A stretch of 64,000 nt of DNA, taken from assembly GCF_009914755.1 (NCBI RefSeq), contig NC_060933.1, one strand, 5' to 3'. Numbering within the stretch: the first letter of the stretch is position 1; the number at the start of each line of letters is the position of its first letter. This DNA is from the human T2T-CHM13v2.0 reference genome, Homo sapiens. The notes beneath the pieces are model-generated. The model searched no databases. It saw only the letters and a list, made by a program, of their open reading frames with translations, and was not told where the DNA came from. Shown here one piece after another: positions 24,601 through 37,176 of the stretch. A program made the position numbers and the translations under genes.

Positions 24601-27600
24601 AGTGCTTTGTGATGTTTGCATTCAAGTCACAGAGTTGAATATTCCCTTTTATAGAGCAGGTTTGAAACACTCTTTCTGCACTACCTGGAAGTGGACATTT
24701 AGAGCGCTTTGAGGCCTATGTTGAAAAAGGAAATATCTTCCCATAAAAACTAGACAGAAGAATTCTCAGAAACTTGTTTGTGATGTGTGTATTCAACTAA
24801 CAGAGATGAACCTTTCTTTTTACAGAGCAGTTTTGAAACACTCTTTTTGTGGAATCTGAAAGTGGATATTTCGATAGCTTTGTGGATTTCGTTGGAAACG
24901 GGATTACATATAAAACCTAGAGAGAAGCATTCTCAGGAACTTCTTTGTGATGTTTGCATTCAAGTCACAGGACTGAACATTCCCTTTCATAGAGCAGGTT
25001 TGAAACACTCTTTCTGTAGTATCTGCAAGCTGACGTTTCAAGCGCTTTCAGGCCTATGGTGAGAAAGGAAATATCTTCAAGTAAAAACTAGACAGAAGCA
25101 TTCTCAGAAACTTATTTGCCATGTGTGTTCTCAACTAACAGAGTTGAACCTTTGTTTTGATACGGCATTTTGGAAACACTCTTTTTGTAGAATCTGCAGG
25201 TGGATATTCGGATAGCTTTGAAGGTTTCGTTGGAAACGGGAATATCTTCATATAAAATCTAGACGGAAGCATTCTCAGAAACTGCTTTGTGATGTTTTCA
25301 TTCAAGTCACTGAGTAGAATCTTCCCTGTTATATACCAGGTTTGAGACACTGTTTCTGCACTACCTGGAAGTGGACATTTGCAGCGCTTTGAGGCCTATG
25401 TTGAAAAAGGAAATATCTTCCCATAAAAACTAGACAGAAGCATTCTCAGAAACTTGTTTGTGATGTGTGTATTCAACTAACAGAGATGAACCTTTCTTTT
25501 TACAGAGCAGTTTTGAAACACTCTTTTTGTGGAATCTGAAAGTGGATATTTGGATAGCTTTGAGGATTTCGTTGGAAACGGGATTACATATAAAACCTAG
25601 AGAGAAGCATTCTCAGGAACTTCTTTGTGATGTTTGCATTCAAGTGACAGAACTGAACATTCCCTATCATAGAGCATGTTTGAAACACTCTTTCTGTAGT
25701 ATCTGCAAACGGACATTTCAAACGCTTTCAGGCCTATGGTGAGATAGGAAATATCTTCAAATAAAAACTAGACAGAAGCATTCTCAGAAACTTGTTTGCG
25801 ATGTGTTTCCTCAACTAACAGAGTTGAACCTTTCTTTTGATACAACATTTTGGAAACACTCTTTTTGTAGAATCTGCAAGTGGATATTTGGATAGCTTTG
25901 AAGGTTTCTTTGGAAACGGGAATATCTTCATATAAAATCAAGACAGAAGCATTCTCAGAAACTTCTCTGTGATGTTTGCATTCAACTCATAGAGTTGAAC
26001 ACTTCCCTTCATACAGCAGGTTTGAAACACTCTTTTTGTAATATTTGGAAGTGGACATTTGCAGCGCTTTGAGGCCTATGATGAAAAAGGTAATATCTTC
26101 CCATAAAAACTAGACAGAAGCATTCTCAGAAACTTGTTTGTGATGTGTGTATTCAACTAACAGAGATGAACCTTTCTTTTTACAGAGCAGTTTTGAAACA
26201 CTCTTTTTGTGGAATCTGAAAGTGGATATTTGGATAGCTTTGCGGATTTCGTTGGAAACGGGATTACATATAAAATCTAGGTTGAAGCATTCTCAGGAAC
26301 TTCTTTGTGATGTTTGCATTCAAGTCACAGAACTGAACATTCCCTTTCATAGAGCAGGTTTGAAACACTCTTTCTGTAGTATCTGCAAGCGGACGTTTTA
26401 AGCGCTTTCAGGCCTGTGGTGAGAAAGGAAATATCTTCAAATAAAAACTAGACAGAAGCATTCTCAGAAACTTATTTGCGATGTGTGTCCTCAACTAACA
26501 GAGTTGAACCTTTCTTTTGATACAACATTTTGGAAACACTCTTTTTGTAGAATCTGCAAGTGGATATTTGGATAGCTTTGAAGGTTTCGTTGGAAACGGG
26601 AATATCTTCATATGAAATCAAGACAGAAGCATTCTCAGAAACTTCTCTGTGATGTTTGCATTCAACTCATAGAGTTGAACACTTCCCTTCATACAGCAGG
26701 TTTGAAACACTCTTTTTCTAATATTTGGAAGTGGACATTTGCAGCGCTTTGAGGCCTATGTTGAAAAAGGAAATATCTTCTCCTAAAAACCAGACAGAAG
26801 CATTCTCAGAAACTTCCTTCTGATGTGTGTACTCAAGTAACAGAGTTGAACCTTCCTTTTGACAGAGCAGTTTTGAAGCACTCTTTTTGTAGAATCTGCA
26901 AGTGGATATTTTGATACCTTTGAGGATTTCGTTGGACACGGGATATCTTCATATAAAATCTAGACAGAAGCATTCTCAGAAACTTCTTTGTGCTGTATGT
27001 CCTCAATTAACAGAGTTGAACCTTTGTGTGGATACAGCATTTTGGAAACATTCCTTTAGTAGAATCTGCAAGTTGATATTTAGATAGCTAGGAAGATTTC
27101 CTTGGAAACGGGAATATCTTCATATAAAATCTAGACGGAAGCATTCTCAGAAAGTGCTTTGTGATGTTTGCATTCAAGTCACAGAGTTGAATATTCCCTT
27201 TTATAGAGCAGGTTTGAAACACTCTTTCTGCACTACCTGGAAGTGGACATTTAGAGCGCTTTGAGGCCTATGTTGAAAAAGGAAATATCTTCCCATAAAA
27301 ACTAGACAGAAGAATTCTCAGAAACTTGTTTGTGATGTGTGTATTCAACTAACAGAGATGAACCTTTCTTTTTACAGAGCAGTTTTGAAACACTCTTTTT
27401 GTGGAATCTGAAAGTGGATATTTCGATAGCTTTGTGGATTTCGTTGGAAACGGGATTACATATAAAACCTAGAGAGAAGCATTCTCAGGAACTTCTTTGT
27501 GATGTTTGCATTCAAGTCACAGGACTGAACATTCCCTTTCATAGAGCAGGTTTGAAACACTCTTTCTGTAGTATCTGCAAGCTGACGTTTCAAGCGCTTT

Positions 27601-29352
27601 CAGGCCTATGGTGAGGAAGGAAATATCTTCAAGTAAAAACTAGACAGAAGCATTCTCAGAAACTTATTTGCCATGTGTGTTCTCAACTAACAGAGTTGAA
27701 CCTTTGTTTTGATACGGCATTTTGGAAACACTCTTTTTGTAGAATCTGCAGGTGGATATTCGGATAGCTTTGAAGGTTTCGTTGGAAACGGGAATATCTT
27801 CATATAAAATCTAGACGGAAGCATTCTCAGAAACTGCTTTGTGATGTTTTCATTCAAGTCACAGAGTAGAATCTTCCCTGTTATATACCAGGTTTGAGAC
27901 ACTGTTTCTGCACTACCTGGAAGTGGACATTTGCAGCGCTTTGAGGCCTATGTTGAAAAAGGAAATATCTTCCCATAAAAACTAGACAGAAGCATTCTCA
28001 GAAACTTGTTTGTGATGTGTGTATTCAACTAACAGAGATGAACCTTTCTTTTTACAGAGCAGTTTTGAAACACTCTTTTTGTGGAATCTGAAAGTGGATA
28101 TTTGGATAGCTTTGAGGATTTCGTTGGAAACGGGATTACATATAAAACCTAGAGAGAAGCATTCTCAGGAACTTCTTTGTGATGTTTGCATTCAAGTGAC
28201 AGAACTGAACATTCCCTATCATAGAGCATGTTTGAAACACTCTTTCTGTAGTATCTGCAAACGGACATTTCAAACGCTTTCAGGCCTATGGTGAGATAGG
28301 AAATATCTTCAAATAAAAACTAGACAGAAGCATTCTCAGAAACTTGTTTGCGATGTGTTTCCTCAACTAACAGAGTTGAACCTTTCTTTTGATACAACAT
28401 TTTGGAAACACTCTTTTTGTAGAATCTGCAAGTGGATATTTGGATAGCTTTGAAGGTTTCTTTGGAAACGGGAATATCTTCATATAAAATCAAGACAGAA
28501 GCATTCTCAGAAACTTCTCTGTGATGTTTGCATTCAACTCATAGAGTTGAACACTTCCCTTCATACAGCAGGTTTGAAACACTCTTTTTGTAATATTTGG
28601 AAGTGGACATTTGCAGCGCTTTGAGGCCTATGATGAAAAAGGTAATATCTTCCCATAAAAACTAGACAGAAGCATTCTCAGAAACTTGTTTGTGATGTGT
28701 GTATTCAACTAACAGAGATGAACCTTTCTTTTTACAGAGCAGTTTTGAAACACTCTTTTTGTGGAATCTGAAAGTGGATATTTGGATAGCTTTGCGGATT
28801 TCGTTGGAAACGGGATTACATATAAAATCTAGGGAGAAGCATTCTCAGGAACTTCTTTGTGATGTTTGCATTCAAGTCACAGAACTGAACATTCCCTTTC
28901 ATAGAGCAGGTTTGAAACACTCTTTCTGTAGTATCTGCAAGCGGACGTTTTAAGCGCTTTCAGGCCTGTGGTGAGAAAGGAAATATCTTCAAATAAAAAC
29001 TAGACAGAAGCATTCTCAGAAACTTATTTGCGATGTGTGTCCTCAACTAACAGAGTTGAACCTTTCTTTTGATACAACATTTTGGAAACACTCTTTTTGT
29101 AGAATCTGCAAGTGGATATTTGGATAGCTTTGAAGGTTTCGTTGGAAACGGGAATATCTTCATATGAAATCAAGACAGAAGCATTCTCAGAAACTTCTCT
29201 GTGATGTTTGCATTCAACTCATAGAGTTGAACACTTCCCTTCATACAGCAGGTTTGAAACACTCTTTTTCTAATATTTGGAAGTGGACATTTGCAGCGCT
29301 TTGAGGCCTATGTTGAAAAAGGAAATATCTTCTCCTAAAAACCAGACAGAAG
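21697..29352 (+). repeat. Run of three 15-mer HOR units (2552 bp each)
   Basis: Marker ORFs at 21798, 24350, 26902 and 29454. Confidence 0.93.
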
Positions 29353-32300
29353 CATTCTCAGAAACTTCCTTGTGATGTGTGTACTCAAGTAACAGAGTTG
29401 AACCTTCCTTTTGACAGAGCAGTTTTGAAGCACTCTTTTTGTAGAATCTGCAAGTGGATATTTTGATACCTTTGAGGATTTCGTTGGACACGGGATATCT
29501 TCATATAAAATCTAGACAGAAGCATTCTCAGAAACTTCTTTGTGCTGTATGTCCTCAATTAACAGAGTTGAACCTTTGTGTGGATACAGCATTTTGGAAA
29601 CATTCCTTTAGTAGAATCTGCAAGTTGATATTTAGATAGCTAGGAAGATTTCCTTGGAAACGGGAATATCTTCATATAAAATCTAGACGGAAGCATTCTC
29701 AGAAAGTGCTTTGTGATGTCTTCATTCAAGTCACAGAGTAGAATGTTCCCTTTTATAGAGCAGGTTTGAAACACTCTTTCTGCACTACCTGGAAGTGGAC
29801 ATTTGGAGCGCTTTGAGACCTATGTTGAAAAAGGAAATATCTTCCCATAAAAACTAGACAGAAGCATTCTCAGAAACTTGTTTGTGATGTGTGTATTCAA
29901 CTAACAGAGATGAACCTTTCTTTTTACAGAGCAGTTTTGAAACACTCTTTTTGTGGAATCTGAAAGTGTATATTTGGATAGCTTTGAGGATTTCGTTGGA
30001 AACGGGATTACATATAAAACCTAGAGAGAAGCATTCTCAGGAACTTCTTTGTGATGTTTGCCTTCAAGTCACAGGACTGAACATTCCCTTTCATAGAGCA
30101 GGTTTGAAACACTCTTTCTGTAGTATCTGCAAGCTGACGTTTCAAGCGCTTTCAGGCCTATGGTGACAAAGGAAATATCTTCAAGTAAAAACTAGACAGA
30201 AGCATTCTCAGAAACTTATTTGCGATGTGTGTTCTCAACTAACAGAGTTGAACCTTTGTTTTGATATGGCATTTTGGAAACACTCTTTTTGTAGAATCTG
30301 CAGGTGGATATTCGGATAGCTTTGAAGGTTTCGTTGGAAACGGGAATATCTTCATATAAAATCTAGACGGAAGCATTCTCAGAAACTGCTTTGTGATGTT
30401 TTCATTCAAGTCACAGAGTAGAATGTTCCCTGTTATATACCAGGTTTGAGACACTCTTTCTGCACTACCTGGAAGTGGACGTTTGGAGCGCTTTGAGGCC
30501 TATGTTGAAAAAGGAAATATCTTCCCATAAAAACTAGACAGAAGCATTCTCAGAAACTTGTTTGTGATGTGTGTATTCAACTAACAGAGATGAACCTTTC
30601 TTTTTACAGAGCAGTTTTGAAACACTCTTTTTGTGGAATCTGAAAGTGGATATTTGGATAGCTTTGAGGATTTCGTTGGAAACGGGATTACATATAAAAC
30701 CTAGAGAGAAGCATTCTCAGGAACTTCTTTGTGATGTTTGCATTCAAGTCACAGAACTGAACATTCCCTTTCATAGAGCAGGTTTGAAACACTCTTTCTG
30801 TAGTATCTGCAAGCTGACGTTTCAAGCGCTTTCAGGCCTATGGTGAGAAAGGAAATATCTTCAAGTAAAAACTAGACAGAAGCATTCTCAGAAACTTATT
30901 TGCGATGTGTGTTCTCAACTAACAGAGTTGAACCTTTGTTTTGATATGGCATTTTGGAAACACTCTTTTTGTAGAATCTGCAGGTGGATATTCGGATAGC
31001 TTTGAAGGTTTCGTTGGAAACGGGAATATCTTCATATAAAATCTAGACGGAAGCATTCTCAGAAACTGCTCTGTGATGTTTTCATTCAAGTCACAGAGTA
31101 GAATGTTCCCTGTTATATACCAGGTTTGAGACACTCTTTCTGCACTACCTGGAAGTGGACATTTGCAGCGCTTTGAGGCCTATGATGAAAAAGGAAATAT
31201 CTTCCCATAAAAACTAGACAGAAGCATTCTCAGAAACTTGTTTTTGATGTGTGTATTCAACTAACAGAGATGAACCTTTCTTTTTACAGAGCAGTTTTGA
31301 AACACTCTTTTTGTGGAATCTGAAAGTGGATATTTGGATAGTTTTGAGGAATTCGTTGGAAACGGGATTACATATAAAATCTAGAGAGAAGCATTCTCAG
31401 GAACTTCTTTGTGATGTTTGCATTCACGTCACAGAACTGAACATTCCCTTTCATAGAGCATGTTTGAAACACTCTTTCTGTAGTATCTGCAAACGGACAT
31501 TTCAAACGCTTTCAGGCCTATGGTGAGAAAGGAAATATCTTCAAATAAAAACTAGACAGAAGCATTCTCAGAAACTTATTTGCGATGTGTGTCCTCAACT
31601 AACAGAGTTGAACCTTTCTTTTGATACAACATTTTGGAAACACTCTTTTTGTAGAATCTGCAAGTGGATATTTGAATAGCTTTGAAGGTTTCGTTGGAAA
31701 CGGGAATATCTTCATATAAAATCAAGACAGAAGCATTCTCAGAAACTTCTCTGTGATGTTTGCATTCAACTCATAGAGTTGAACACTTCCCTTCATACAG
31801 CAGGCTTGAAACACTCTTTTTGTAATATTTGGAAGTGGACATTTTCAGCGCTTTGATGCCTATGATGAAAAAGGTAATATCTTCCCATAAAAACTAGACA
31901 GAAGCATTCTCAGAAACTTGTTTGTGATGTGTGTATTCAACTAACAGAGATGAACCTTTCTTTTTACAGAGCAGTTTTGAAACACTCTTTTTGTGGAATC
32001 TGAAAGTGGATATTTGGATAGCTTTGCGGATTTCGTTGGAGACGGGATTACATATAAAATCTAGGGAGAAGCATTCTCAGGAACTTCTTTGTGATGTTTG
32101 CATTCAAGTCACAGAACTGAACATTCCCTTTCATAGAGCAGGTTTGAAACACTCTTTCTGTAGTATCTGCAAGCGGACGTTTTAAGCGCTTTCAGGCCTG
32201 TGGTGAGAAAGGAAATATCTTCAAATAAAAACTAGACAGAAGCATTCTCAGAAACTTATTTGCGATGTGTGTCCTCAACTAACAGAGTTGAACCTTTCTT

Positions 32301-32584
32301 TTGATACAACATTTTGGAAACACTCTTTTTGTAGAATCTGCAAGTGGATATTTGGATAGCTTTGAAGGTTTCGTTGGAAACGGGAATATCTTCATATGAA
32401 ATCAAGACAGAAGCATTCTCAGAAACTTCTCTGTGATGTTTGCATTCAACTCATAGAGTTGAACACTTCCCTTCATACAGCAGGTTTGAAACACTCTTTT
32501 TCTAATATTTGGAAGTGGACATTTGCAGCGCTTTGAGGCCTATGTTGAAAAAGGAAATATCTTCTCCTAAAAACCAGACAGAAG
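29353..32584 (+). repeat. Full-length 19-mer HOR unit (3232 bp = trimer + tetramers A, B, C, D); SF2 alphoid, probably chr4 D4Z1 (S2C4H1L)
   Basis: The trimer marker (MDILIP ORF start) recurs at 29454 and 32686, 3232 bp apart, with four distinguishable tetramers between. The ~3.2-kb 19-mer matches my recollection of D4Z1, but chr9 D9Z4 is closely related, so the chromosome call is inference. Confidence 0.75.
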
Positions 32585-35500
32585 CATTCTCAGAAACTTC
32601 CTTGTGATGTGTGTACTCAAGTAACAGAGTTGAACCTTCCTTTTGACAGAGCAGTTTTGAAGCACTCTTTTTGTAGAATCTGCAAGTGGATATTTTGATA
32701 CCTTTGAGGATTTCGTTGGACACGGGATATCTTCATATAAAATCTAGACAGAAGCATTCTCAGAAACTTCTTTGTGCTGTATGTCCTCAATTAACAGAGT
32801 TGAACCTTTGTGTGGATACAGCATTTTGGAAACATTCCTTTAGTAGAATCTGCAAGTTGATATTTAGATAGCTAGGAAGATTTCCTTGGAAACGGGAATA
32901 TCTTCATATAAAATCTAGACGGAAGCATTCTCAGAAAGTGCTTTGTGATGTCTTCATTCAAGTCACAGAGTAGAATGTTCCCTTTTATAGAGCAGGTTTG
33001 AAACACTCTTTCTGCACTACCTGGAAGTGGACATTTGGAGCGCTTTGAGACCTATGTTGAAAAAGGAAATATCTTCCCATAAAAACTAGACAGAAGCATT
33101 CTCAGAAACTTGTTTGTGATGTGTGTATTCAACTAACAGAGATGAACCTTTCTTTTTACAGAGCAGTTTTGAAACACTCTTTTTGTGGAATCTGAAAGTG
33201 GATATTTGGATAGCTTTGAGGATTTCGTTGGAAACGGGATTACATATAAAACCTAGAGAGAAGCATTCTCAGGAACTTCTTTGTGATGTTTGCCTTCAAG
33301 TCACAGGACTGAACATTCCCTTTCATAGAGCAGGTTTGAAACACTCTTTCTGTAGTATCTGCAAGCTGACGTTTCAAGCGCTTTCAGGCCTATGGTGACA
33401 AAGGAAATATCTTCAAGTAAAAACTAGACAGAAGCATTCTCAGAAACTTATTTGCCATGTGTGTTTTCAACTAACAGAGTTGAACCTTTGTTTTGATATG
33501 GCATTTTGGAAACACTCTTTTTGTAGAATCTGCAGGTGGATATTCGGATAGCTTTGAAGGTTTCGTTGGAAACGGGAATATCTTCATATAAAATCTAGAC
33601 GGAAGCATTCTCAGAAACTGCTTTGTGATGTTTTCATTCAAGTCACAGAGTAGAATGTTCCTTGTTATATACCAGGTTTGAGACACTCTTTCTGCACTAC
33701 CTGGAAGTGGACGTTTGGAGCGCTTTGAGGCCTATGTTGAAAAAGGAAATATCTTCCCATAAAAACTAGACAGAAGCATTCTCAGAAACTTGTTTGTGAT
33801 GTGTGTATTCAACTAACAGAGATGAACCTTTCTTTTTACAGAGCAGTTTTGAAACACTCTTTTTGTGGAATCTGAAAGTGGATATTTGGATAGCTTTGAG
33901 GATTTCGTTGGAAACGGGATTACATATAAAACCTAGAGAGAAGCATTCTCAGGAACTTCTTTGTGATGTTTGCATTCAAGTCACAGAACTGAACATTCCC
34001 TTTCATAGAGCAGGTTTGAAACACTCTTTCTGTAGTATCTGCAAGCTGACGTTTCAAGCGCTTTCAGGCCTATGGTGAGAAAGGAAATATCTTCAAGTAA
34101 AAACTAGACAGAAGCATTCTCAGAAACTTATTTGCGATGTGTGTTCTCAACTAACAGAGTTGAACCTTTGTTTTGATATGGCATTTTGGAAACACTCTTT
34201 TTGTAGAATCTGCAGGTGGATATTCGGATAGCTTTGAAGGTTTCGTTGGAAACGGGAATATCTTCATATAAAATCTAGACGGAAGCATTCTCAGAAACTG
34301 CTTTGTGATGTTTTCATTCAAGTCACAGAGTAGAATGTTCCCTGTTATATACCAGGTTTGAGACACTCTTTCTGCACTACCTGGAAGTGGACATTTGCAG
34401 CGCTTTGAGGCCTATGATGAAAAAGGAAATATCTTCCCATAAAAACTAGACAGAAGCATTCTCAGAAACTTGTTTGTGATGTGTGTATTCAACTAACAGA
34501 GATGAACCTTTCTTTTTACAGAGCAGTTTTGAAACACTCTTTTTGTGGAATCTGAAAGTGGATATTTGGATAGCTTTGAGGATTTCGTTGGAAACGGGAT
34601 TACATATAAAACCTAGAGAGAAGCATTCTCAGGAACTTCTTTGTGATGTTTGCATTCAAGTCACAGAACTGAACATTCCCTTTCATAGAGCAGGTTTGAA
34701 ACACTCTTTCTGTAGTATCTGCAAGCTGACGTTTCAAGCGCTTTCAGGCCTATGGTGAGAAAGGAAATATCTTCAAGTAAAAACTAGACAGAAGCATTCT
34801 CAGAAACTTATTTGCGATGTGTGTTCTCAACTAACAGAGTTGAACCTTTGTTTTGATATGGCATTTTGGAAACACTCTTTTTGTAGAATCTGCAGGTGGA
34901 TATTCGGATAGCTTTGAAGGTTTCGTTGGAAACGGGAATATCTTCATATAAAATCTAGACGGAAGCATTCTCAGAAACTGCTTTGTGATGTTTTCATTCA
35001 AGTCACAGAGTAGAATGTTCCCTGTTATATACCAGGTTTGAGACACTCTTTCTGCACTACCTGGAAGTGGACATTTGCAGCGCTTTGAGGCCTATGATGA
35101 AAAAGGAAATATCTTCCCATAAAAACTAGACAGAAGCATTCTCAGAAACTTGTTTGTGATGTGTGTATTCAACTAACAGAGATGAACCTTTCTTTTTACA
35201 GAGCAGTTTTGAAACACTCTTTTTGTGGAATCTGAAAGTGGATATTTGGATAGCTTTGAGGATTTCGTTGGAAACGGGATTACATATAAAATCTAGAGAG
35301 AAGCATTCTCAGGAACTTCTTTGTGATGTTTGCATTCACGTCACAGAACTGAACATTCCCTTTCATAGAGCATGTTTGAAACACTCTTTCTGTAGTATCT
35401 GCAAGCTGACGTTTCAAGCGCTTTCAGGCCTACGGTGAGAAAGGAAATATCTTCAAGTAAAAACTAGACAGAAGCATTCTCAGAAACTTATTTGCCATGT

Positions 35501-37176
35501 GTGTTCTCAACTAACAGAGTTGAACCTTTGTTTTGATACGGCATTTTGGAAACACTCTTTTTGTAGAATCTGCAGGTGGATATTCGGATAGCTTTGAAGG
35601 TTTCGTTGGAAACGGGAATATCTTCATATAAAATCTAGACGGAAGCATTCTCAGAAACTGCTTTGTGATGTTTTCATTCAAGTCACAGAGTAGAATGTTC
35701 CCTGTTATATACCAGGTTAGAGACACTCTTTCTGCACTACCTGGAAGTGGACATTTGCAGCGCTTTGAGGCCTATGATGAAAAGGGAAATATCTTCCCAT
35801 AAAAACTAGACAGAAGCATTCTCAGAAACTTGTTTGTGATGTGTGTATTCAACTAACAGAGATGAACCTTTCTTTTTACAGAGCAGTTTTGAAACACTCT
35901 TTTTGTGGAATCTGAAAGTGGATATTTGGATAGCTTTGAGGATTTCGTTGGAAACGGGATTACATATAAAATCTAGAGAGAAGCATTCTCAGGAACTTCT
36001 TTGTGATGTTTGCATTCACGTCACAGAGCTGAACATTCCCTTTCATAGAGCATGTTTGAAACACTCTTTCTGTAGTATCTGCAAACGGACATTTCAAACG
36101 CTTTCAGGCCTATGGTGAGAAAGGAAATATCTTCAAATAAAAACTAGACAGAAGCATTCTCAGAAACTTATTTGCGATGTGTGTCCTCAACTATCAGAGT
36201 TGAACCTTTCTTTTGATTCAACATTTTGGAACCACTCTTTTTGTAGAATCTGCAAGTGGATATTTGAATAGCTTTGAAGGTTTCGTTGGAAAGGGGAATA
36301 TCTTCATATAAAATCAAGACAGAAGCATTCTCAGAAACTTCTCTGTGATGTTTGCATTCAACTCATAGAGTTGAACACTTCCCTTCATACAGCAGGTTTG
36401 AAACACTCTTTTTGTAATATTTGGAAGTGGACATTTGCAGCGCTTTGAGGCCTATGATGAAAATGGAAATATCTTCCCATAAAAACTAGACAGAAGCATT
36501 CTCAGAAACTTGTTTGTGATGTGTGTATTCAACTAACAGAGATGAACCTTTCTTTTTACAGAGCAGTTTTGAAACACTCTTTTTGTGGAATCTGAAAGTG
36601 GATATTTGGATAGCTTTGCGGATTTCGTTGGAAACGGGATTACATATAAAATCTAGGGAGAAGCATTCTCAGGAACTTCTTTGTGATGTTTGCATTCAAG
36701 TCACAGAACTGAACATTCCCTTTCATAGAGCAGGTTTGAAACACTCTTTCTGTAGTATCTGCAAGCGGACGTTTTAAGCGCTTTCAGGCCTGTGGTGAGA
36801 AAGGAAATATCTTCAAATAAAAACTAGACAGAAGCATTCTCAGAAACTTATTTGCGATGTGTGTCCTCAACTAACAGAGTTGAACCTTTCTTTTGATACA
36901 ACATTTTGGAAACACTCTTTTTGTAGAATCTGCAAGTGGATATTTGGATAGCTTTGAAGGTTTCGTTGGAAACGGGAATATCTTCATATGAAATCAAGAC
37001 AGAAGCATTCTCAGAAACTTCTCTGTGATGTTTGCATTCAACTCATAGAGTTGAACACTTCCCTTCGTACAGCAGGTTTGAAACACTCTTTTTCTAATAT
37101 TTGGAAGTGGACATTTGCAGCGCTTTGAGGCCTATGTTGAAAAAGGAAATATCTTCTCCTAAAAACCAGACAGAAG
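32585..37176 (+). repeat. 27-mer HOR variant (4592 bp, six tetramers)
   Basis: Marker ORFs at 32686 and 37278. Tetramer ORFs run from 33123 to 36523 in 680-bp steps. Confidence 0.92.
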
